DNA of 64,000 nucleotides from the human T2T-CHM13v2.0 reference genome, Homo sapiens: assembly GCF_009914755.1 (NCBI RefSeq), contig NC_060935.1. One strand, 5' to 3'. Numbering within the stretch: the first letter of the stretch is position 1; every line of letters begins with the position of its first letter. Below the pieces are notes generated by a model that was not told where the DNA came from, ran no database searches, and worked only from the letters and a program-made list of their open reading frames with translations. This document shows positions 22,151-37,651 of this stretch, in pieces. The translations under genes were made by a program, and so were the position numbers.

Positions 22151-23334
22151 TTCATTTCCATCATTTCAGTTGCTGTGACTACACAGAGCTAGTGGTCTGC
22201 TACAATGTCAGCAGGGGGAGCTCCTCAGACTTTTGTATGTTCTCCCACAATTTTACCTGGTAGAGCTGCAATAGCTTTAAATGTACTTACAGCTCTTTAA
22301 GTATGGGTCTAGAATTTGTGTTGCTGATGATGATGGGGAAAGGCCTGGGTTGATGACCAATTGGAGGCTACCAGAAACCTACAGAATTGCAGGTGAAGGC
22401 ACCAAGATAAGGGAGAAGAGATGAATAATAGACTATCAAAACACTTTTCTCTTTATTTTTTAATATTTTAAAAATTCTTTTTGCAATAACTTACTCTTCA
22501 CCTTATAACACTTTTCTATAGTAGCTTCTGTTTTCTATTATTGCTTTCAGTCTCTTGTGGGAGGAAGTAGAACGGATCTTGATTTTCCGCAAACCCATTT
22601 TTGTTGATGATTCTGAATGGCTTTGCTTAGGGTCCACTGAAGACTCATTTGGCACTACAGTACTGGTCACACCCCCTAAAACTGCAGGTGTGTGTCTGCT
22701 TTGTCCCTCCAGGTCTGCCAAATTTCCAAGCTTCATCCCTGCAAAAAGCCATTCACCATGCAAAAGTTCCACTTATGTCTGGAGTAAGACTGAGTCATGG
22801 CTAACCACCTAGACTTGGAGCTACAGGAAGGCAGGGATCATAGTCTGTCTTATTCACTCTGGTAACCTAGAACACTGCCTGGCATATGACAGCTGTAGAA
22901 CAAATGTCTGCTAAATGTAATTGTTCTGGGACCATTACAATCTCATTCCAATCATACATGACAAAGTGCCTTTCCAGGAAAATTGGGAGTGCTTACTGCT
23001 AAAAGGTCAATTGCTCTTTCACTCTGAAAGCTATTATTATAGCAGCTCAATTACATGATCACAAGTAAGTTTAATAAAAAGCAAAACATCTGTATCCAGG
23101 AGGGCAAGAAGGCTCAGGAAAAGGGCGGTTACATAATAAGATTTTCCTCAGCAAGCACCACTGGATCATAAAAACCTATGTCTAGGAACCATTTAAATAG
23201 AATAATTAAAACAAACAAGAAAAACACTGAAGTTCCCTGGGAGCTCTCTCCCTCTTATAAAGTCCTAAGAAAAAGAATGACATTTTAATGTTTTGTCCTT
23301 TAAAACAACTACGAGGAGGCGGATCGGGAAGGTG

Positions 23335-23535
23335 GTTTAGAGACTACTGGCTCCATTCTTCTACTTCTTAGCTGCATTACTCTGGGCAAGTTAGCCCTCT
23401 GGGATTCAGTTTCCTCCACTGTTAATTAGGTAATCGCACCTATCTCATATGATTACTGCAAGACAGAAACGAAATATGTGTAAAGCACGTAAAACACTCC
23501 CTAGTATATAGCAAGTGCTCAATAAATGTTAGGCT
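23335..23535 (+). mobile_element. MIR
   Basis: GGGCAAGTTA...CAGTTTCCTC...AAGTGCTCAATAAATGTTAG. Confidence 0.7.
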
Positions 23536-24819
23536 TTTGTTGCTATATTATTATTATTGGAATTTTCTCAAGAGAAGAAAACAAATGATACAACTGCCAA
23601 TAGAATCTGGAGGGACATCAAAATATCAACGAATGATAAATAAATACTCTGTAATATGTATTTTGAAAAATTGGTAGAAACTAGTTTAATGGTGAATGAA
23701 AACCATCTGCTAATCTAACTCAAGAGTGAGGTTCTAGGGAGTCTAGAGTTCCTTCTCCTAATGGCATTCTGCATCCTTTGATAGATTTTCTCAGATTTCA
23801 CATCTGTAAACAGCTGCCCACTGCAACACAGCCCCTATATTCAAAGGCATCCATAAGTGTAATTAGGCCATTTGGGGTCAGACCACAAGGCATAAAGTAG
23901 GAAACAGGAAATTGAAGTAAGGAGGTCTTGGAGGCAAGGCAGAAAAAAACAACATACAGCTGTTCCCCCAAAGCTAAATGCCAAGGAAACAGAGATCTGC
24001 CGGCAGTAGAGAAGCAGGAGGTGCTGTATGGGGTGGTGGAGGCAGATGTCTGGAACAAAGAAGGGTGGAGAAGAGCTCTAGAGTATTGTCTGGCAGCAAG
24101 TTATTATCTGCCAGTGAAAAAAGCTTTAACGTGCCTTCGGTTAAGCCACACAGAAGTGCCAGGCAAGGAGAGGCACGGACCACAGCATCTGTTTTACAAC
24201 TAGGGCCAGAGCCTCCTCAGATGAGGCTGTCAGGAGATTGTGGTATAGTCTGCTCTCCTGCCAGGCCAGAGCCTATGAAGTCCTGGTGTCTGACAGAGAA
24301 ACCACTGAGGTTTCTGGAATTTCTAAGCATTGATGTTGGATCAAACATACTATTTAGGAAAGGCCAGATCCCATGGCCTTGATGCTGTCACAGCAGCTTG
24401 GTTAGAAATCATAAGATAAAGCTTGTAACATTCTCACAGTCAGACAGTGCCACTGCCTCAGTAGATCCCTCCCCACCTTTAACCATCACATGGCCCAGAT
24501 TCTCCAAAACAGAATGTCATTTTAAAACTTTTAATAAAGATGCTTATTAAAGATACCTCTAAATGTGGCTTGATTTTTATACCTTTTATGCATTTGCATT
24601 CATAAATTTATAAGTCGGCAGTGGAGGTGGGAGGGAGGTAGGGAAAGACTGTGACAGGGAAACAACCTTTGCCACATATAAAAATGGAATTCTGCTTTAC
24701 TTCCTTCTCTAGAGACTGACCAGAAGCAATAGCACACACAACGTCTCAGAACACAGTCACGTCATGCCTCACAGCCGAAAAACATCTGTCACTAAGCTAT
24801 TCAACCATCATAAAACTGC

Positions 24820-25283
<464 letters not shown>

Positions 25284-25660
25284 CTAAGCTCCTAATTAAA
25301 TCACAGGATCTGGCTCATGAGTATCTCACCAACCAAAACATAAACACGGCACCTTTATCATTCAATTAAAAGCATAGCTAGAATTTAATTGCTGGATTAA
25401 GAAACAAATGGTTTAAACAAATAATTTAAAAGAAAAAAAAAGGTCTAGGGAAAGTGGGAATAGGGTAAGAGAAACATTTTTCTTCAACCCTGCCATTTCC
25501 TGCCTTCAAGTAAGGAACTGAATATCAAACCAGGACCCCAAAATAGAATTTTCAGACAGATGCCAAGACACCATCACATCAACATAGGTAAAGGAGGGAG
25601 AAGCTTTATCTGGCTCCTTGGCCCTTCACATTTTCAAAAGCCAAAGAAACATTTCCTTAC

Positions 25661-25761
25661 CTGCCAGGACCCTGTTAACAGAAGAGTGAGTAGCCAAGCC
25701 AGGCTGTCCACGTTCATGAAAAATCCCAGCATAAGGCAAGTACTCAGGCAGCAAGAAACGC
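25661..25761 (-). CDS. AMBRA1: AMBRA1 internal coding exon, 101 nt, phase 2-1
   Basis: gattccttcttgtag|G CGT TTC TTG CTG...GTC CTG GCA G|gtaagg. Peptide [33 protein letters not shown](G). Confidence 0.96.
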
Positions 25762-26176
25762 CTACAAGAAGGAATCACATGTGAAAAGCTGACTAAAGAC
25801 TACCACGAAACAGATACTAACTACCTACACTGAAAAATCTGGGCTAAGGGACCCACTGAATCCACAGATGCCCAGAAAGAAATAAAATCTCCCAAGATTG
25901 GTCCTTCCGCAGATTTGTATCTATCTTTTTCTGCCCTTCCTTCTAAAGTTCCCCCAACACTTCTGTTCTTAAACAGGATTCTCCCAGCACCACTTTTTCA
26001 TCTCTTTTGAATGTGGCTAACCATCATCCGTCAAGAGTTTAGACAGCAGGGCTGGGCTATGGGCCCACTAGGAAACAATGCCAGATGTGGACAATTCAAA
26101 GACCAGAAAGTAGGTTTAAAACTAAATCCTAGGCTCTAACGAAGGCTCCCTCTGTTGCTAGCAACTCGGTTCTTAC

Positions 26177-26257
26177 CTTGGGACAAAGCGTCCAAGCGAA
26201 GGTGCAGACATCCGGGCATTGCGTGGAGCTCGGTGCCTGGATCTGTCACCATTGTCC
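26177..26257 (-). CDS. AMBRA1: AMBRA1 internal coding exon, 81 nt, phase 2-2
   Basis: ttttatttttttcag|G GAC AAT GGT GAC AGA...GTC CCA AG|gtaaga. Peptide [26 protein letters not shown](R). Confidence 0.96.
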
Positions 26258-26929
26258 CTGAAAAAAATAAAAACACTACACATAAGAGAGTCACTAAGGA
26301 AGAATCATCCACCAGCCCAAAAAGGAAACATCCCCAAAATGACATTCTTACACTTAGGAGAGGACCCCACATAAATTAGTCATCTGGCTGCTCACTAATT
26401 AGGCAGCACATTAATAAAACATATTTCTGGAGAACCTCAACTAAGAGATTTATGAGCATTTACCAACAGCTCAGGAAAGAGGAGGATTTTTCTTGAGTTA
26501 ATGTGGTCCCTTAGCGTCTCAAACTGAAGCCACATTTAGATCTTAGGATTTGGAATGGATATATATAAACTTTTTCTATATTGAAAGATGCAAGAAAAAT
26601 GTGTCTTGGGGGGTTGTCTTACATTATTTATCATTTTACTTGTTATCCAGACGCCTGCTGTGGGAGGAGGTCTTAAAGGAAGAAAAATTCCCCCACCAAT
26701 TTCATTTGGCAAATGGTTATCTTCAAATGAAATCTGTTTAGGTCTTCCATGTGGAAAAATCAGTGACAGGTAAAAGAAAAAAAAATGCACAAGAAAAAGA
26801 CAGTACCTTCTTTTACAGACTGTCAATGGTGAAGAATATTAGAAAACGTAATCCTATGTTAGGTCATTTGAATACAAAGTCTGGGTGTTTTCTTTATGGA
26901 CTGTTAACAGTCCATGCAATAGTAGTAAC

Positions 26930-27140
26930 TGCCATTTATTAAGTATCTGCTAGGTTCCAATACAAAGGTTATTGATATGTTATCCCATTTAATTCTTCTG
27001 GCTAGGCCACGAAGTATTATTACTATTTTACAGAGAAGCGGACGAAAGACCAGAGAGGTAAATACCATGGTCACATAACTAGTAAGTGGTTAAGGCAGGA
27101 TTCAAGGAAGATTGGACTTTGAAGTCCTAGATCTTTCCAC
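26930..27140 (-). mobile_element. MIR
   Basis: CATTTATTAAG...ATTTTACAGAGAAG...GGTCACATAACTAGTAAGTGG...GGATTCAA. Confidence 0.65.
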
Positions 27141-28022
27141 TACATTTCACTGCTTCCTACAAGAGAAGAGGAAAGGAGCTTCACATGTTTTAGTTTCCAG
27201 TACATCAAAAGAATAATAAGCCAAAGGGCACTGGCTGGACAGAGCAGTTAATGAGCGGCTTAACCAACTCCACAAAATAAATGAACCTTTGAGAGCTTGA
27301 TTTGGGATATTTTCTGAATTCTCCCTTTGGATTATCTTCAAATCAATGAGATAATCTTCAAACTGGCCCTGAAACCGAAGTTAAGGCAACACTTGGCTTT
27401 TAAGTGGACCACTGGGAACTTCACAAGCCAGAAACAAAAGTCTATGATGGTTTTTATATCTTGGTAGAATTGGCTGCCGAGCATTAAATGACAAATCAAT
27501 ACCAGGGATATTGGAAGCTGATCCATTGAAAGTATTTGGTTTTTATTTTCCCAAAAGAGAAAGCGTACACTGTGTTCCTTAACATATCTTATTCCTTTGA
27601 CCTGAAATTGTGCAGATGAAAGGAGGGGCAAGGAGAAAGAGATAAGACTATATGGAATGTAAAAGGGGGGTTAAAGAGAACAATGGAATCAGGAGTTCCT
27701 GACCAGCAGACTGCAGTTACTGGGGAGCCCACAAATTATACATGTACACAGAGTAGCTGAATATCAAACAAATAAGACAGTTTCCAAATTAAGCATACTA
27801 TTATTTTTCAAATATACTACTGTTGTGATAAATTACTAATTCATTTAAAAGTACAATTGAATTCATGATAGCTTTTCATTATCGTATATTTCACTTATCA
27901 ATTAGTACTGAACAAAGTACAACTAATTATCATAAGAGGAGTTAGAAAATATTTTGAAGTTAAAAAGGATCCTAAGCGGGGGAAAGGGTGGAGGCCTCTA
28001 AGCCTCAAAAAGATAAAAAACT

Positions 28023-29205
<1,183 letters not shown>

Positions 29206-31704
29206 AAGGGAAGGGGTTAAGATGATAAATTTTATGTTATGTGTATTTTACCAACATTTTTAAAAACTGATGGAAAAGAGAGGGTGCAAAATATGGTCAG
29301 AGATAATGGCTTTATAGTGTTTAGAGATTAGTGGGGGATATATAAAGGAAAACAAGAATGAGATCAGCTGGCTCAAATACACGCAGTCTCAGACTGAAGG
29401 TTACACGAGGCACTATAAAAGAGGCAACATGTTAAGTAAGGGGAGGTGCTCATGCTGGTCCTCAGTTTATTTAACATCTTGGCTAAGAATGGAGAAATAG
29501 GAGCTAAATGTCATCTCAATACAAGGCAGAGCAGATTTCAAATTCCAAGTGTTGAGAACTCTGAAGGAGAAATGACAGGAGAGGACCCAGCACGACCAGG
29601 AAAATGTGAAACATAATAAACACAATATGAGATGCTGCCTATGGGAGAAAAGAACCCACAGACCTCTAGGATAAAATAGCCTATAACCAAACCAGCTCAA
29701 ACATTTACTGAGCAGGTAAAACCTTGAATACCGGAATGGGTAAGGTGGCAAAGGTCAAAATATACTACAAAAGGACGAGTTCGACAGGAAGAGGGGAAAA
29801 GGCCATCAGTTTTAGTACTGGTACACAGAAATCCTGGACCAAAGGCACAGTTCCAAATAACTAAAGGCAGAAACAGTAACTGATGACTCTCTAGATTCTA
29901 TAGTTTAGAAAGAGGGGAAGATTCAGAGATAATGGGTTGGGGTGGGAAAAGAAATTTCAATGCATGGGATATTTAGTGGAAGAACTGAAGGGAGAGGGAT
30001 AAGTTCCAATAGAAGAGCACAGGAATTAAAAGTACTTAAAATAATGATATACTTAGAAAACTACACAGAAATCTGCCACTCACTTCCGTGCTGATACAAG
30101 GTCGACATCAAGCCAAGGCTCTATGAGATAGAAGGAGACAAATTTGGTCAGGCAGGCAGAGGCTGAATATGAGTGAATTGGAAGATATTTGCCAGATGAA
30201 AAGTGAGAGAAAGGCAGACCCAGACAGTTTAGGAACAGTGAAGGGTGCTAAATACCGGGCTCTAACAACATAGCCAACACCCTTTCCAAGGGTAATGACT
30301 TAAAAGTGTGAAGAACAGAGTACACAAATATGTTGGTATTGCTCCTCCAACATAGGAGGAATACTTTTCAGGGAAACACCAGAGAAACCCTCATCAATTC
30401 CAACAGCCTGAAGCTGACTTTGAGCCAGCAGGATAGAAGCTGGCTGGGTTATTAATGGCTTTCCCAGTTGCTGAACTCTGTGCATCTCTGATTAACTCTC
30501 AGAGGGGTATTTGGGAAGGAGTAGGGGGAAAAATACTTTCTTATCAAAGATTTTACCAGAAAAAAAACACCCTTCAAACAATCAAGTATCCAAAATAAGT
30601 GCTGAATACAAGAAGATGTATTTCCAGAACAAGGGAGAAACACAGCAGCAGCTCTTTTGCTAAATGTCTAGGATTAATTGCCTCGGAGAGAGGCTGTAAT
30701 TTGAAGGAATGAAAAATGCACCTACAGACTGCTGTCTGAGTCCTGACCAGACAGTCAGGTTGTCATTGCTCCTCAGTGACAAATGGCTCTGACTTGGGCC
30801 TTTATAAATGAAGCTCTTGCAGCAAAAAGCTCAAAAGGCCACTGTCCTCTTGACAGTATACAGTTGACTTTGCTGACAATTAGACTATTAAAAAATTTTT
30901 GTTTCCCTATGCTGCTCTGTTTCTACTCAATCTCCAGACAACAGAAGGCCTAGCTGGTATTCCTGTCCCTGGAGAGCACAGTGATCTTGGTCAACTCATT
31001 TCCTTACTGGAGTGCTGCTGGTTAGAAACTGAGGCCCCAGTCTCTACTTTCAATGACTGTGCACATATGCAAGGGCTTTGATTTCTGGAAGGAAGGCACA
31101 GCCCCAGCTGATATCATTCATAGGGAATAGCTAATAGCATAGGTCTCCTGGAACTACAGAGCCTTCATTTTTCTCCAAGGAATGGTAATACAAGAGATAA
31201 TTACCATTTACAAATTCCTCTCCTCCCTTATGTTACCTTTTAATTTCATCTGCCTACATTATGCAAATCCACATTCCTATTGTGCATTTTATGTTAAAAA
31301 ATAAGCATATAAATCTAAGGGTTATGTCTTCCTCCCCCAAACCCCCACTGCGTAATTCTTTCCTGCTGTATTTTCCCATTCTAAGCCCAAGCACAATCCA
31401 GACGTGTTCCATTTTCTTTCTCTTCTTCTGCATTCCTCTTAACAAATATTCATATGTATTTTACTTGCCCAGTAATTCTAATTCTAGAATCCTAAAGTAT
31501 TAATTCTAAAGTTGCTAAGCAATATTACACGTTTTTAAGCAATAAATCAAAGTCCTCAGTAAGAGCTAGAATTCAGGTAAAGTATGTATTTTACAAATAC
31601 ATTGAGGCTCGACAGGTACCATATAGCCTATTCTTAATCCTCAGGAAGGCCCCTTACTTTTCTGAGACTTTTCATTATTGTACCTCTGCCTACTACAGGG
31701 GAAA

Positions 31705-32004
31705 TTTTTCTTTTTTTTCTTTTTTTTGAGATGGAGTCTCACTTTGTCACCCAGGCTGGAGTGTAGTGGTGCAATCTCAGTTCACTGCAACCTCCGCCTC
31801 CTGTGTTCAAGCAATTCTCTGCCTCAGCCTCCTGAGTAGCTGGGTTTACAGGCGCCCGCCACCACGCCCAGCTAATTTTTATATTTTTAGACAGATGGGG
31901 TTTCACCATCTTGGCCAGGCTAGTCTTGAACTCCTGACCTTGTGATCCATCTGCCTCGGCCTCCAAAGTACTGGGATTACAGGCATGAGCCACCGCCCCC
32001 GGCT
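31705..32004 (-). mobile_element. AluS-like
   Basis: Full reverse Alu; ACAGGGGAAATTTTT TSD. Confidence 0.9.
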
Positions 32005-32469
32005 GACAGGGGAAATTTTTCTAAGATAGTTAACTCCAACAAAGATCCAAGAAGCTTAAAGCTACAAGAATCTGAGGTTATCTAATCTCATTTTACACAT
32101 CAGACACTGAGGCCTAGGATGGGAAAGGGGCCGGCTCAAGATCAGATAATAAATCACAGCCTCAGCCAAGACTAGAACCCAGGACTATTCCGTAGACAAT
32201 AGCTGTCAGGCTGTGGGGCCAGCAGGCATTGACAAGTGATCTCAATGCCAGTCACTGCTGTTCTAAGAAGCAGTGATTGCTAATTTATAAATTTAGTTCA
32301 AAACTGGATCCAGTAAGAGTAAAAAAGGACTTAGCATTTTTTTTTTAGACAAGAAAAGTAAGATGGCTGTGCTTTCAGGAAGCTCGTTCCCCTAAAACAT
32401 TCACAAACAGGCTCCACACTTAGAAAACATCAAGCCCTCAGACAATCAATACTTACAATGCAACCCTCA

Positions 32470-33180
32470 GATATCCTCACCTGTACTATGCCCACTGCTT
32501 TCTAACTGGTACTTCTGCATCAGTACACTTGTCACTTTAGGTCACCTTAACCAATGCTATCAGAGTTAGCTGCCTAAAATATATATTGGATGATGGCTGG
32601 CCTGAGACAAAGTCCAAACTTCTCAGCCAGGCATTCCAGGCCATCCAGAGTTCGGGGCTTTCTGATATCTCTCTCATATCACAAACACTCCATAGCTCTA
32701 GCCACAGATCTATTCAGGGTCCCTGAATAAGCCCTGTAAATCTCCTGTCTCTACGCTTTTGCTTAAGCTACTCCCTTTATCTAGAATCTCCTCGCTATAC
32801 CCATCACCAATATCAATTCCTCTCTCACAGTTCTATGCAGTCTTCAATACCCAGCTCAAATCCATGAAGCTTTCTCACCTCTCCCCAAATACTCTCTCCC
32901 TTTATACAATGCTCTCCTAGTATTTTAGTGGTAACTTATTACAGTCTATCTTTTTAGATACTTATGTAAAACTTGATGCTATTCCATAACTTAAAATGCT
33001 TCAATGATTCCCTCTTGCCTATGGGATAAAGTTCATCTCCTTTGCAAGGCACGCAAGACAAAGATCTAGCTCCATTCTAGGGGCTCATCTGCCACACATC
33101 TTTAACTTTACAGTCTAGCCACACCTATCAACAAAGCAATTCCCCAAATATTCCATGCTGTTTCATGTTTCTATGACCAT
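32470..33180 (-). mobile_element. Degraded L2 fragments
   Basis: AAAGTCCAAACTTCTCAGCCAGGCATTCCAGG; CTTAAAATGCTTCAATGATTCCCTCTTGCC motifs. Confidence 0.55.
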
Positions 33181-33187
33181 GCATTTA

Positions 33188-33982
33188 CAGCTGGTACTCA
33201 AATAATGTTGTTTCATTCAATGTTGTTTTGTATAATGTTGATGAGGGAAAAAAATCAATTCCTGGCCATGGCCACTGTCTGAGTTTGCACACTTCCCCAT
33301 GTCTGTGTGGGTTTTCTCTGGGCATTCCAGTTTCCTCTCACATCCCAAAGATGTGCACATTGGATGAACTGGCATGCCTAGACTACCTTAGTCTGAGTGA
33401 GTGTGGGTGTGTGCATGAGTGCACCCTGTGACGGAATGGCATCCTGTCCAGGGCAGGTTCTCCCTGTGCACCCTGAGCTGCCAGGATAGGCTCCAGCCAC
33501 CTGTGAGCCAGAATGGGAATAAGCAGGTTGGAAAATAAATGAATACAAAATAATGTAAAAATATGTAAAGCATACAATAATCATACAGATGCACAACAAT
33601 AATGATGCAGTACTAAGTCTCAGGGCACTGACCATATTTGTTCCTGTTTATGTTTTAACTACATAGTAGTTCCTCACAATTTTCACTTTGCAAACATCTA
33701 TTCCTTGATTTACCTCACCCCACATTGACCACTGTCACTCACTGATTCACCAAAAATCAAATAATTATATTTTTATTAATCTTTTAGATGTACAAACAGC
33801 TCACATTTATTTCAATGTTTAATATAAGAAGTGTTTTGGGTGTTTTAGATGCTTGGTGACGTTTTTGTAGCCAGAAATATGTCACAGGAACTTAACTCTT
33901 GTTCATATCAATTAGTCTATGGTAAAATTAGTTTCATTATAGTAGTTTCGCTTAAGTTACAGTTTCCAAAGAGGAATTACTG
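33188..33982 (+). mobile_element. MER6 (TcMar-Tigger non-autonomous DNA transposon) carrying a V-SINE-like domain
   Basis: TA|CAG...CTG|TA ends; internal GTTTGCACACTTCCCCATGTCTGTGTGGGTTTTCTCTGGGCATTCCAGTTTCCTCTCACATCCCAAAGATGTGC. Confidence 0.75.
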
Positions 33983-34124
33983 TACTTGCCTTTCTCCTAA
34001 GTATACCTAAATAAAGACCCTATTTTAAGACTTACAGCTCTTTTCTAAGCCATTTTGTAAAGACATTCGACCACTACAAAAATTATCTGGAAAATAAGAG
34101 AGGTTTTTGTCTCTCTCCAGGTCA

Positions 34125-34280
34125 TTTTCTTTCTTTTTTTTTGTTTTAATTTTTTATGAAAATAAAAAACTGCACAGGCTGGAGAGCAGTGGCATAATCT
34201 CGGCTCACTGCAATCTCCGCCTCCTAGGTTCAAGCAATTCTCCTACCTCAGCCTCTTGAGTAGCTGGGACTATAGGTGGA
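34125..34280 (-). mobile_element. 5'-truncated Alu right arm
   Basis: Alu right-arm motifs; GAGA(G/A)GTTTTTGTCTC flanks both sides. Confidence 0.7.
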
Positions 34281-34831
34281 GAAGTTTTTGTCTCGTTCCA
34301 CATTAAGAACTAATTTTGTATAATACCACCACTCAATAAATGTAGATGGCTGGCTGATTCCTAACTGCTTTAAGCAGGTTCCAACCTATAAAGAGAGTAA
34401 CTTTACAGTGTGTTTCCTCAGCATTTCTCTTGCACTCCTAATATTAGAGTCTGTGGCTCATAAGACAAAGGAAAAGACAAAGGGAACTCTATTTCAAAAT
34501 GAAGTAGATAATACCTTATCCCTCTCTGACGATTTTACTTGCCAAAAGTTACCCCCTCTTCCTTGGGTACAAGTTATATATTTGTTATTAGAGAGTAGTC
34601 ACTGATTCCTACAGAAGTCCTAGAAATTCCCGGCTCAGAAGAGAGCAGGAACAAGTACTGTCAAGGACAGGTGGCTAGAATTCTAGTCAGGAGAACTTGA
34701 AATACATGAGTCATCAGGTCTATCACCTGATAAGAATGGTATTCTCTAGTTTCTAACATATCTTCTTTGCCATGACTCAACTAGGCTTTTTAAGTTATAT
34801 CAAAGGGGCAGATGAAGAATATTAAATTGTG

Positions 34832-35705
<874 letters not shown>

Positions 35706-35919
35706 TATTTGGTCACAATGTGGACTTCTGGGAAAAGAGGACCCAAATATAAGCAAATTAATTAGAATAGTTAAGAAAATAAATTAACAGACCTAAAGAG
35801 AATTCATCTTAAGGCTAAAAGACTAGAATTCTCATTGAGATGTTTTTTCCAGGCAGAAATCCAAAGTACAGCCCGTGTGTCAAAATTGTGAATAAGAGAC
35901 TTCTGTGCCAGCAACAGTC

Positions 35920-36052
35920 TTTTATTTGTTTAATACATATGGGGATCTCACTATGTTGCCCAGGCTGGTCTCGAACTCCTGGGCTCAAGCAATCCTCTTG
36001 CTTCAACCTCCCAAAGTGCTGAGATTACAGGTGTGAGCTGCCACACCCGGCT
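35920..36052 (-). mobile_element. FLAM/Alu left monomer
   Basis: CTCACTATGTTGCCCAGGCTGGTCTCGAACTCCTGGGCTCAAGC; AGCAACAGT flanks. Confidence 0.8.
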
Positions 36053-37630
36053 CTAGCAACAGTTTTCAAGAAGCTGAATGTAATTATCCAGTGGCTAGTA
36101 TATACGATGCAGATATTTGCGACTGATCTAATCTGAAGCTTCTCTAGTCTGACTGTCATTAGCAAAGCCTTTGCTACAGTATCCCTTTGCCTCAGAAAGC
36201 AAAGCAGCTATAAAAAGAGGCAGGAAGGGCAGGAATATGGGCTAGGGAGGATTCTGGAATTATAATTACATTTAGATTAACAGATAAAATGAGTAAGGGG
36301 GCAAGCATAGCTGGAATAATTGTCATAAAGCATACACACCACCTCTTTTGTAGGCCTTAGCAACTACGGGCCATAGCACTTAACCTGGGCTTTATAAAAG
36401 CCCCCTCCCTCTTTCCAAAGGGATGGCAAACATGAAAATGGAAGTCTGCCTTACGCTTATTTGCCATCTCCATTCTAGTAGGTGGTCTGGGCTTGAAAGC
36501 AGACAGACAGCAATGTCATGGGCAGCCACACCTTTACCCTGCTTATGAACATCTTTATGCAAAGGCAGCTGCTGAGAGCTTCAGGAGAGACCTGCTGACA
36601 GCAGGTTTCTGGATGTCCTGTTTGTGCAGTTTGATAAACACAAGGACCCTGCAGTCTCAATCCTTGCTGTAGACAGAGATGAATGGCAGGAGAGGAAGCC
36701 TGCCCAGGAAGATGGTCATTCATCTAGATCACAAAAGAACAGAAAATTTAACCTGATGCTGACCAACCTCCAAAGCCACCCTCCCAAGAGATAAATCTCA
36801 ATGGTCTTGCTCCACAGCAAGCTCTTGGAAAGGCTCAAAAATGGTGGTACATCATTTTCAAAGGTTTTTAAATCAGCAGGACAATAAAACTCAGACACTA
36901 AATATGCTTGCTCCTGTCCTCTAACCTTAGACATATCTGATTTGGTCAAATGGAAGAGAACCACAAAAGATGGGCTCTGAGTAATGGCTCCCTTGGTTTT
37001 CTGAGAACACTATACAACTGGATGTGACAAGCCCAAAAATGGCAAAATGATCTATGACTTAGCAAACAGAGGGAGAGGTCATCAAAGTGAGGTAGCAAAG
37101 GCAAGAGCATGAAGTGCTGAGAAGGTGAGGATACCAAACAAAGGAACAACTGTCTTAATGGTAACCTAATTGTTAGGAGGATTACTCGCCATATCTACCT
37201 TACATGTCTCTCTGTACCTGAAAAAAATATAAATCGTGACTGCACATGCCTCTGACTTTCCTTCTAGTTACCAAAGCTAAGGCAAAAGATTGGGGCAGAA
37301 AAATTAAAATGTGCTGGTACATTCCTTCTTTGTTATTCTCCCTCCTCACAGAGCACGTGGACACTCAGAGGACAGGAGCAACCACAAGCAGCATTCAGTT
37401 TACTGTAGAGGGAGGTGGGCAGGGAAGGAGACAGAGAAAGAATAAACAGTCAGTTTCAACCAGCCAGTAACATCCTTTACTAGAAGACCTGGACTACTAA
37501 TGTTGAGGTGACTAATCCACAGCTGCTATTAAAAACAAGATTCTAGTCTACATCAGCCCAAAAAGAAAGGCAAACACCCCAGAAGGGACTTTCCAAGGAG
37601 TATGAGAGAAATCAGTCCATTGTTACTAAC

Positions 37631-37651
37631 CAGGGAGCAATATAAGACCCC
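37631..37651 (-). CDS. Candidate unannotated 21-nt in-frame AMBRA1 microexon (adds GSYIAPW)
   Basis: cactgacttactgttttttctcag|GGGGTCTTATATTGCTCCCTG|gttagt. Phase 2-2, no stop. Splice signals only, no transcript evidence. Confidence 0.4.

Noticed and set aside
23798-24382. Four overlapping non-repeat ORFs (up to 134 aa)
   Set aside because: No recognisable homology and no paired splice sites in AMBRA1 frame; consistent with chance ORFs.
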